From Rhizaria sp. SCN 62-66 (lineage: Eukaryota), in contig MEDY01000334.1 in NCBI GenBank assembly GCA_001724265.1, positions 1 through 35,430 on the forward strand: a stretch of DNA of 35,430 nucleotides, read 5' to 3'. The position numbers and the translations under genes were made by a program. Under the pieces are notes generated by a model. It had not been told where the DNA came from, searched no databases, and saw only the letters and a program-made list of their open reading frames with translations. This document shows positions 1-10,282 of the stretch, one piece after another; within the stretch, counting starts at the first letter, position 1; each line of letters starts with the position of its first letter.

Positions 1-801
1 TCTGTGTTCACAGGAAAACGAAGTGTGTATACACGAGAAACGCCACCTTTAAATCGCGACCGGCAAAAGCTGTCGACTGGAATTTTATGCAGAATGTCGG
101 TTGTGACACGTCACCTGCTCCGCGGCATTGCTTACAAATCTAACGCGATGACAGAGGCCTAAATTTGCAAATTTATAGCTAAACAAACATAAACCTCTGT
201 TGTACATAACGATCTGACCACACAAAGTCCTGCACAGCCCCACGGCCTCCGACACCAAACTCTAACATGACAGGATTGCGTGCTTGCTTGTAATTGCTTG
301 TTGCTCGCCATCAAGTTTTGCACTAAAATATGTGCGCACTTTGACGGTTTTAAGAAAAATGATTAAGAGCGCAGAAAGAAGTATCTAGCAGTCGCAATGT
401 GCAAACTAGATATTTAGACTGGCGCGGTCCGCCTTGGTCGTTAGGCGCTCAAACCAGGATATCGCGGCTAAAAAGAAGACCTTTTGTGCAGGTAAAACAT
501 TTAATGTAGAAAGTAGTTGTACGCACATGATATCTCGAATTTATACAAAATGAGCATTAATAGACCTCTGAAGAGCGTGCTTTGATGGAGCTCAGCTTCG
601 GAGTAAATGCTTTTTATGAATTTTCACGAACCTGGAAGCACCAACCCGAAAACAAGCCGCCAGCGTTATACGAAAAATGTTCTTTTGAGCCCCGGTGGTT
701 GGTGTCATAAAATTTGAGCAGTAGTTAATGCTCTATCATTGTGTGATTTATTCAATGGTTGTTCTCACTTATCTTGCTTTGTTTTCTTTGGCTCCCTACA
801 G

Positions 802-3800
802 ATGCGAACAACGTCGCAGGCTCTGACGAGAGGCTTCGCCGTTTTGGTCGCTCTTTTGCTGGCGTGTGCCGGCACCGTACGTCTTACACAAATGTGATAC
901 TTTTGTTTCGAATTTCTGCGCTATTTATTTTCCCTTGATCTTGCCAGACCTCTTCTTCACGATCTCTTTCCCTTCGATCTGACCCTCCTTTTGCGCTGCT
1001 CCTCTTCCGACCTTGGCGACACGCCCAATTGGTGTCCATCTTCCCATTCACTTTATGGCTCCCTAGGCTCTTGGACATCTTGTCGTCTCTCCGACAGAGG
1101 TTTATGCGTCTGAGCTTGTTTCATACTCTTTCATCTTCACCTCTAACGTTACTGTTGGTGACGTCTACAAGCTGACCGCCGAGGACATCAATACTCAGCT
1201 CCTCTTCGTCGACCCTTCCCCGATCGAGGAGTCGTGCACTGCGAGTGGCGCCACGGTGTTCAAGAACCTCATTGGCCAATATGTGTCCTTCACCGTGACC
1301 AAGGCTGCGCCCAAGCTGACTTTCACCTGCTCCAACATTATCCTGCCTGCGACTTCGAATGGCAATATCGCGTTCAAGCTGACCAACACTGCCACCAACT
1401 CTGTTGTTGACTCTGTCCTTGTGGAGTTGAACCCCCCCGTCTCTTACCCGTTTAATATGATTACGTTTAGCACGCCGTACATCTCCGAGTCCATGAACAT
1501 GGATATGGTTATTGAGACCAGTGATGTCGTTGTTCACGCTGGCCAGTCGCTGGAGTTTGCCTTCAATTCAGTCGGTATCACCCACGACCCCGCGACGGCT
1601 CAGTGCACTTTCATCATCACCCCCTCGAATTCGCCGAACGACCTCAACAACGAGCTCTCGTCTTCTACCGTGGTTACTCCGACCACCGTTTTCACCGAGT
1701 CCCCCATCACCGGTCTCTCGATGAAGCTCACTGTGCCCGATGACATGACCATGCTCGGCCTCAACAAGATCATTCTTCGCTGTGTCGGCCTCCGCTCTCC
1801 TGCGTACACCCTCTCCGAGCACGATACGGCATCGCTTCGCGTCAATGCTCAGCTGGCGTACACCCGTATTTTTGTCCCTGCTTTCCAGGGCACGCGCCCT
1901 TCGGTGTCGGTGACTTACAAGGAGGAGGAATGGCAACACACTATCTTTAATGTCGTCCACACCGGTGTCGAGTATACCGGTCTGGAGCTTGACTCTGGTG
2001 TGTTCCCGTCTCACATTTCCGGATGTAATTTCGACAACCAGAATGGTGATACTGTGATTGAATGCCACAAGATTAGGTCTGAGCTCATGCACCGTGCCTT
2101 TATTGCTGCATCCACTGCCACCATTACCATCAAAGCAACTAGCGCTGCTAGCTCTACCCCTGAGCTTTTTAACGTTGTTCTCTACTTTCCTAAGCTTGAC
2201 TACCGTGCAGCGCAAGGCTCGCGTGTGACGGCGGACCGTAATGCGCGCACGCTGACCTTTGTTATGCCTTTTAAGTTGCTCACTTCATTTTATGTCCAAG
2301 ATACTTTCGCAGGTCTCATTAACGGTGGCTCTCAGTGCTCGATTGGCCACACCAACGTCCACGTCCATGTGCAAGTTGGCCCAGACCCAAACAAGCACAC
2401 CTTTAACATTCCCACGCACCTGCAGTTTGGTGCTGAGGATCAAACCACGGTCATCTGCCGTGACATCGTCTTCCCCATCTTTGCCGCCGCCCCGTCCAAG
2501 TCGGGTTTGTTGTCGTTTAACGACAAAGATTACTACTCGGTTCCTTTCTCTGGCTACCCTGCTGCGCCCCTCTCCGGCTCGCTCTCCCTCCGCGCGCCGT
2601 ACCCCGGCGTCCAGTCGGCGCTTGAGATCAAGCTTGAGGGTGCGTTCCCCGTCCACGCCCCGTTCAGTTCGATCACGGCCTTCGTGTCAGTGCCTGAGAC
2701 TGCGAGCAAGTTCCTCGCTGCCGGTGTCTCTGCGACTGGTGTCATGTGCAAGTACACTGCGCGCGATGGTTCTGAGGACACCAAGTCGTGCGGTGACCTC
2801 AATTACAACAGCGCTGCAGGCCAGGTCACTTTTGATCTGCTTGACATGCCCCCTCGCGTCGCCAAGGTTGAGGTCCTTGTGCCCTCCGTCACCACGGGTC
2901 CTTTCGTCTCGTACCTCGAGGCCATGCCCGCTGGCACGATCACCTTCAGCAATGATCTCCCTTCAGGCTCCGTCACTCTGCCCAAGCTCGTCGTCCCCAA
3001 GGAGATCCACGACTTCCGCTTCATCCGCGTTGGTCCTCTTGACTCCGACGACAAGCTTCGTCCTCTCACCTTCACGGCCCCGACAGAGTCTGCTGGAACT
3101 CAGAGTGGGTTCGAGCACGAGATGACGTTCTACACCCCCATTGGCCTGCCCGAGGGTGTCAAGATCGAGTTCTTCGATAATAGCACCCTCACTGGCGAGT
3201 ACATCATTGCCACTGGCGCTATCTGCGGTACTGACTCAGCGCCCGAAGACTGCGCTGTTCACGCTTCGAGTATTCTTACAGGCGATGCGCGCAAGCTTGT
3301 AATTACGCTCCCTAATATTATCTCTCTCGCTGCCAACTCCACCACCGATGTCAACATGCTCCTGCTGACGCCGCGTCGCGTCTCTCTCTTTGGCAACTCG
3401 TACCGTTTCCGCGTGTTTGATGAGAAGTACGTTTATGGCTCTGGTTTCTACAACCCTGGCCCTGTGTCCCAGTCCAACACTGGTCTTTATGTTGATATCC
3501 CGACCGGCACCACGACTGCCCAGACGATTGACTTTAACATCATCGTGCAGCTGGGCACTCCCTTCCCGGTCGCCAAGTCACAGGACATTCTCATCACGCT
3601 GACCCCGCGTCGCAAGCCGTACTTTGAGTTTGTCTCCCGTGATGTCACGTGCGCCTGGGATGGCTCTAACGCCGACTCTGTGCCGCTGACCTGGGCCGAT
3701 GACAACCGCAGCTTCACTGTGCGCTACAGCAACGAACACGTGAACCATACTACGACTCAGCGTGAGCACCTGGTTGCGCTTCTGAAGTGCACACAGGCGC

Positions 3801-5947
3801 GTTTCTACTCCATGTCCTATGCGGACAGTCCAGACTACAGTTACACTGGTCTTAACGCCACCGTTGCCTACTCGAACGGCTCTGTGATTAACTTTGGCCC
3901 TGTTCCTGTGACCCGTAATGTCATTTCGGCCACGCTTCCTAATCCCCGCATTACGCTCACCAACGCCGGCACGAACAACATCGGCGGATTTTCCTTCTCT
4001 GCTGGGAAGTGGGGTGATGCGACTGTGCTGCCGGCCAACTCAAAGGTCATTCTTTTGGTGACGATGTTCAATATTGATTCAACGTCGTGCACGTTTAACG
4101 GCGCTGCGATTGAGTCGGCTAACTTTGATTATTCATCTAGTGGCAGCTCTTTCTCTTTTACGAACGGTGCACGCCCTCTTGACATCTCACAGGGTTTCAC
4201 TCTTTTCTGCTCTAAGGTCCACTTTGACGAGCACACCAACACCAATATTGTACTCAGCATCAACCTCCCTGACGTTGACAACGCTGTCTACGCTGAAGTC
4301 GCCAAAGCGGTGGCTTCTCTTCCTTCCTACACCAACAATGATGTGCGCATCACTGTCGGCGCGTCGACCACTGCCACCGATGTCATGACTTGGACGTTTG
4401 AGAAGTTCACTCAGGTCTGGTTTGCTAATGGCACTAAGGCTACCATCAATCTTCTGCGTGACTCTGCCACGAAACTCTTCAACTACCGCCGCAAGGAGGG
4501 TCTTTTGTTAGCTAACTGCTACACCAATGAAGCTGGTACTGGCATCGTCGTCGCCACCTATGCTCCTCCCGCGCCTGGCGACAAAGATGTTCTTACGTTC
4601 ACCGTTAGCAACAAGTTCATCGCCACCGACAACGTGTTCGATGTGTCTCAGCCCTTCACCGTCTACTGCCAGGGCGTCATCACGCCCGAGGACCGCCACT
4701 TCCAAGAGTTCGCCAGCGGCTCTCTCAACGTTGAGTCAGAGAATTCATTCACGTTCTCGTTCTCCGACGATTCTTAGCCTCCTGGCACTCCGTTGACAAT
4801 GCCCAGTGTTGACGGTGACTCCAATGTCGAGTCCTACATGTCCCTGGCGGCCGTCAACGTCAACACGGATCTCGGCAGTCGCGTGCGCTCCATCATCCCC
4901 GCCAACATCACTGTGGGCTCTGATTTCGGTCTCCTCACCACCACGGTGTCCCCTGTGCCGCTGCGCATTCCTGCTGGCTCGTTCTTCCGCGTCGCACTCC
5001 CCATCTCCTGGGCTCTGGCCAACAAGCTCACGTGCTCTGCGTCCACGCTCTCCGCCTCGGCGTCGCGCGCGGAGATCGCCGTCAAGGTCGTTCAGTCCCC
5101 CTACGGTGACATCGCGTCCTTCGAGAAGGCCCGCTCTTGGGGTGCGGTTGAGGCGAACACTGACACCCGCTGGTTCGAGATCGTCTTCAACTCGGAAATC
5201 GCGCCCACGAATGACTCGCTGTACATCTTCTGCAATGGTGTCCGTGTCTCGGCCACGATCTCGGCCGGCGACGCGGCGTCGCTGGAGCGCTTCTCGTCGC
5301 TCCGTGTGTACGACAACAAGCACCGCCCTCTGATGCAGTCTGGCTGGGCTGTGTTTGCTCCTCTGACGAACGAGGCTTCCCCCATCACCAAGGTCACCCA
5401 GACTTTCGTCGTTTCCCGCGACACTGCCTTCACGGCCGATGAGATGGCCGAGGTCGAGGCTGCCATCGCCAAGGCGCTGCGCACCAAGGCCGCCCTCGTG
5501 CACATCATCCGTCAGACTGTCACTCTGTCCACCGACGCCGCGCGCACTCCTGAGCTTCAGGTCACGTACGCCGTCGACGCCGCGTCGGACGAGGCCATCA
5601 ACGACGTGCACCGCTCTGTCGAGCAGAGCTCCGCTGCCGTGTCCGCCGCCGTCGCCAGCAAGGCTGACACCCCTGTGCTGCGCGTTGCGGGCCTCGCGAT
5701 GAGCTCGTTCGCCGCCACGTGCTTCAACAGCGTCCAGGACGAGGGTGAGACTGGTACCGACTGCGGTGGTGTCTCGTGCCCCGCTTGTGCCGTCGGCTCG
5801 CCTTGCACTCTCAGCTCCGACTGCAGCAGCAACAACTGCGTTGTCGGCGTCTGCTCCAATCCCAACGCCGCTGCTGCGCCCGCCTCGGTCGCCGTCGCTG
5901 CGCTTTTCGCGGCCGTCGTCGCCGCCCTCGTCATGGTCGTTGCGTAA
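802..5947 (+). CDS. Large secreted or cell-surface protein with signal peptide, repeated beta-rich modules, a Cys-rich motif and a C-terminal GPI-type/hydrophobic anchor; contains one in-frame TAG at 4775-4777
   Basis: Exon 1 (802-876) reads MRTTSQALTRGFAVLVALLLACAGT. A phase-0 intron (877-1066, GTACGT...CCCTAG) leads to exon 2 at 1067 (ALG-HLVVSPTEVYASEL...), which is in frame with the 1256..4777 ORF. The 4793..5947 ORF is in the same frame and separated only by the TAG. The product is 1261 aa up to the TAG, or 1651 aa if the TAG is decoded. It ends NPNAAAAPASVAVAALFAAVVAALVMVVA-TAA and has many N-x-S/T sites. Confidence 0.75.
877..1066 (+). other. Spliceosomal intron (190 nt, phase 0)
   Basis: GTACGT donor, pyrimidine-rich body and CCCTAG acceptor. 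Removing it joins a signal peptide to the long ORF in frame. Confidence 0.8.
4775..4777 (+). other. Single in-frame TAG within an otherwise continuous reading frame
   Basis: The sequence reads GAC GAT TCT TAG CCT CCT GGC ACT CCG TTG ACA ATG, and ORFs 1256..4777 and 4793..5947 share the same frame. Confidence 0.9.
5717..5854 (+). other. Eight-Cys disulfide module (TCxNxxxDxxETxxDCGG type) just before the membrane anchor
   Basis: Translation TCFNSVQDEGETGTDCGGVSCPACAVGSPCTLSSDCSSNNCVVGVC. Confidence 0.7.
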
Positions 5948-7306
5948 GTAAGTAGTCAGTAAGTCACTTAGTTAAAACAAGTGAGCACAAGGTTAAAACA
6001 ACGATTGGGATCGTAAGTCAGTCATCATCAATGACTGTCTTGCATTTCTGGCGTCTGTTTTTTTTTTCTTGGCTTATACGTTGTTTTTTCGTTCTTGCTT
6101 TCTTATCTTGCTTGTGTTAACCACGAAGAGATGTTAAGTCACTTTTCTCTTCTTGAAGATCACACAACAGTTACTCTACTTTAAACGCAGTTGTAGTTGG
6201 TCCGCAGCAGTGTCTTAACATTCTTAGGAGCTTCGCTGTGATTCGACGTCTTCTTCTCACTCCTTTTGTGGACAATATGTATTTTTGTTGTTGTGTCTGT
6301 TGTTGAGTCTCATCATTGTATTCATTTGTTGGCAATCAAAGGCTCCTGCTCTTGCACAATTGCTGCTAATGCGTTGTTGATGTCTTTGTTGTGATGTTTC
6401 GCGCTCTGCTTTGTCACTTTCGCCGCACGACAGTGCGCGCAAGTGCCTCGGCCGCGCCTCACGCAACTCAGTTCATACCATACGACAACGTAGCAGCCGG
6501 TGTCAGTTTACCCTGCCAATGCGCACATTTAGTGCTTTGGTGAGCATGGGTTGAGACTCAACATCGCATCATAGCACACAAAGATCACAACAAACCAACA
6601 ATGAGGTTTTCTTAAGTTGAAGGTTAAGCAAGACGATAACGTTGTCGTTTTGTCATTGACGCAAGCCACCCTGCATAGCATAGCTTGAGTCCATCGCCTC
6701 CTGTTCTCGCTTTCTCCTACATACCTTACACCCGCACATTTGCCCACGCACAGTCAACGTAGCTGTGTGTGTGTGTCGCACTGTGTAGTGCAATGGACTG
6801 TGGTGTGAGCGGTCCAGGGGCGGTGTACTGTCGCCGCGTGCCCGCTTCGCTCGCTACAGACTCTCGGTCACTTTGTCACGGTGCCGTTTGTCGTGGACTG
6901 CGTCGGCGCGCGGCTGCATACTATATTCCCTTTCTCTATCGCTCTCAATTTTTTTTTCTCTTAGTCTCTTTCCCCTCCCCTCTTGGACCGCAACCGCTCT
7001 TCTCTCGCATCCCCGCGCTTGTGTCTCTTGGTGTGATAGTGCTTTCGAACTCTGGCGCTCTGCACCAGTGACTCGAGCCCTGCGGCTCAAATGTTTTTAT
7101 AACACCAAACCTAATGCATTTCATCCATGTCTCCGCGATGCTTGTATGTGCTAACACTGCGCAATCGCAGCACACAGTCATAGCTTTGTTGTTTTTTACT
7201 GCTGCTGCCATGCCCGTTATCGCGAGCTCGGCAGCAATCTTGGCAATAGCAACAACGGCTGTTAAAACGACGAACGATGACAATGACGTTCGCGTCCCTT
7301 GTCAGT

Positions 7307-7392
7307 GTACGCATTTCTCTTTGCATCTCTCTCTTAATATCTGTCCTCTCTTGTTTTGTTTCGTCCGTGATTGTGGTGTATATGCGGCGTAG
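7307..7392 (+). other. Intron-like segment with no convincing coding frame around it
   Basis: GTACGC donor, strongly pyrimidine-rich body and GCGTAG acceptor. The spliced frames are short. Confidence 0.35.
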
Positions 7393-8234
7393 CTTGACTT
7401 CGAAGGAAGTCTCGTCAATGCCGCCACCACAAGCAACGCGTGAACAATGACAACAGCAACGACCATCAATGTGCATGATAGAGAGAGGTATTGAGAGCAA
7501 TTGCTTGCGTGTATCACTCAACCGTTATCGAAAAGTGTATGTGCTTGTTCTTGTGTAAGCTCGTACGAGTGTTCGGAAATGTGTTGTTTGTTTGGGTTTG
7601 AAAGCCTCAGTCTAAGCTGTGGCAACGTAATACATATAACATTTAATCATACATGTAACGTTAACTGATACATATATGTTCGAACAACAGTTCGATACAA
7701 GTGATCCAATCTTGAGAAGTTGGGAAGTGTATTGTTGCTTGGTCATAGTAGCGCTGTACTCATATCATTCACACACGAAATGGGTTGATAGCGCAAGAAA
7801 AGATATCAAGCACTCACGGTTCGCGGCACAGTCTGCTCAGTCCATAACAGCACGTTATAGAACAGAACTTAAAACACAGACTCCAACAGGCGACGTGTAG
7901 TTGTTTAGAATAAAACGAAGAACAATGATGGACTATATAGCTGAAGTCAAGACGGAAGAACAAACAAAGAACCAAAAATATCGCATGCATGTGTTTTTAG
8001 GAAAAAATACGTACGTATCAACGAGTAGAGAAGACACCACAGTTACGGAAAATGACAGACAAAATGGGGAAAGACAAAAGGCATGCTGAAAGGTTAGATG
8101 GTTGTTATTGCAAAACAAAGAGTTAAAAAAAGATGTTGTGCAGATGTGAATCGTTGCATTATCGCTTGGTTCTCACATAATACATTCGATTAAAGCACTA
8201 CAAAAGAGCAAGTGTTTGAAGTGGAATGCACTGC

Positions 8235-8687
8235 TTAGGCTTGAGCATGCACCGGGGACGCCGGACAAGACGACACTGGCGAGTCATTCGGAGTGTCAGG
8301 GGGCACCTCAGCAAGAGTGGGCACAAACTGCAGCATCGAGGCCTGCATGCGAGCGCAGAAGAGCAGGGCTTGGTCGTCCTCAGGCACGGCGGCCGCAATT
8401 GCGGATGCGGGGGCGCCGCCGACCTACACGCGAGACAAGGGCGAGACAAATACAAACGAGAAAAGATATGAGTTGAAAAGTTTGAAACAATATGCCATAT
8501 AGTATAACAAGAGCTGATAGACAATAGAGCGTACCATGATGCGATTGGGCGCTTCGGTGTCGGTTGAGTTGAGGATTCTGTTCTGGTTGGCAGCAGCAGC
8601 GCTCATCTGGGCGACCGCGCAGGCGCGCAGGAGCGTATCATCGGATGCGCTGATGTGGTCGACATCGTCGAACGTAAGGCAAAACAT
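8235..8687 (-). CDS. Hypothetical protein, two exons (at least 113 aa); may be the 3' end of a longer gene
   Basis: Exon 8687-8535 (MFCLTFDDVDHISASDDTLLRACAVAQM...NRIM), then a phase-0 intron 8534-8424 (GTACGC...GTGTAG), then exon 8423-8235 (VGGAPASAIAAAVPEDDQALLFCARMQ...HAQA-TAA). The exons are GC-richer than their flanks. Confidence 0.5.
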
Positions 8688-9208
8688 CGCACAGTAGCTT
8701 TACAGTTCGCCAAAAGTTGCTCAAGACAGTGTTTGCGCTTGTAAGAGAAGAGTGAGGTAACCGCTTTGTGGCCACTTCAAAGAGCGATTCGTGAAGGGTG
8801 GATAGCACAAGGAGGACAATGAATTTTAGGTGAGCAATTTGAAATTCAAAATACATATTAAAATAAATATCCATAATGAGCAATAACAGAACAAATTGTC
8901 GACCGTGTGCAGAGGAATGCCTCATCCAATCGTTGCTCAATCACCCATTCAAGGAGGCATCTGAGGACGCGCACGCTGTCATCCACAAACCAGAGGAAGC
9001 TCTGTGAGCAGGGATAAACGAGTGTCAACCAACTTGGATCGAATAAAAATAAGTTGTGTATCAAATTAATATACTTTTTTTCACCACAACCACGAATATT
9101 TCATCAAAGACTAACGCGCAAGCGCTCGTCCCGACTCAGACACCGTTAATCGCCTTAACAACAAAAGCAGGCCAAGACAGACACTGTGTAAACAAAACGT
9201 ACGCTTGG

Positions 9209-10282
9209 TTACAGAGTGACAACGTCGCCGCGATTGTGGTCAACAAGACGCGGGTCCACACCGAGACGGCGCTGCAGAATGCGCGCAAACCGAGAAGGTC
9301 GGCGTCCGGAGCTACCACCAACACTAACATCAACACTAAGATTATCACGACCACCGACACGACTCTTACTCACTACATTACTACTCATATCTAGATCAAT
9401 ATCAATATAACTGTCGTTACCGCCACTCGCACTGACACCAAGGCCAACAGCGCCGCCAACACCCGCACCACTGACGCGAGCGGCAACGTCGTTGTTGTCG
9501 CTGTCGATGTTGTAGTTGGGATTCCGCTCGATACGGTGCTCTTGCGTCAACAACCACAGTGCCTCACGCTCACGCTCACGCTCACGCTGCTCACGGTCAC
9601 TCCTGCGCTCACGCAGGAAGGTAGGCCGCACGTAAGTGCTCTGAAGGTAAGCCGCGTGCCCGTGGCGCAGCTCGATCGCCAGCGCACGCCTCACCGCCCG
9701 CACCACCTCAACGGCAGCTGTGCTAGCATCCGTCCGTCGCCGTGGTGTTTCGACGCGGCGGCCACGGCCGCTTGGATCCGCAGCGGAGTCCGGAGAGTGC
9801 GGGCCGAGGGGGATGACCGCGGCCGCGGCGGCCCGCGCGGCGGCGCGCAGCACGCGCGCCGTCTGCGGTGTGACTGCACCGGCCGCGAGCGAAAGCGCGT
9901 GCGGGTCGTGCGTAACTGCGTACCAGAGCGGGCGCGCGACGGCCAACGAGTCGCCCCAGTTGTCGTCGTCGCCGTCGATCGCAGCGTCGCCAGTCACCAA
10001 ACCGCCACTGCCACCACCATCGCTGCCGTTGCTGATGCGGTTGCCGTTGCCGTTGCCGCTGCGGTAGGTGGAGGCGCGCAGGAGCGGGCTGAGGTCGTTG
10101 CCCGCCTGACCACGGCCGTTGTGCTTGGGGTCGAACCGCGGCGGTCGCGACTGTGAGAGCGAGTTTGACTGTGAGTTGTCAGAGTGAGATTTAAAGTCAG
10201 AGCCAGTGGCCTGGCCCTTGTTTTGTTGTTGCTGTTGCTGTTTTTGTTGTTTGTGCTCGTAACGACGCCGCCTCCGGTCGCC
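9209..10282 (-). CDS. 357-codon open frame directly continuing the HYOU1 frame past its TGA (candidate readthrough extension or alternative last exon)
   Basis: After GAG CTC TGA the frame reads GDRRRRRYEHKQQKQQQQQQNKGQ...GGSGGLVTGDAAIDGDDDNW...GDVVTL-TAA with no stop. It includes the 9209..10000 ORF. Codon usage and Ala/Gly/Gln low-complexity style match neighbouring genes. The first in-frame ATG is at 9388. Confidence 0.6.
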   Translation of the reverse strand, partial: GDRRRRRYEHKQQKQQQQQQNKGQATGSDFKSHSDNSQSNSLSQSRPPRFDPKHNGRGQAGNDLSPLLRASTYRSGNGNGNRISNGSDGGGSGGLVTGDAAIDGDDDNWGDSLAVARPLWYAVTHDPHALSLAAGAVTPQTARVLRAAARAAAAAVIPLGPHSPDSAADPSGRGRRVETPRRRTDASTAAVEVVRAVRRALAIELRHGHAAYLQSTYVRPTFLRERRSDREQREREREREALWLLTQEHRIERNPNYNIDSDNNDVAARVSGAGVGGAVGLGVSASGGNDSYIDIDLDMSSNVVSKSRVGGRDNLSVDVSVGGSSGRRPSRFARILQRRLGVDPRLVDHNRGDVVTL

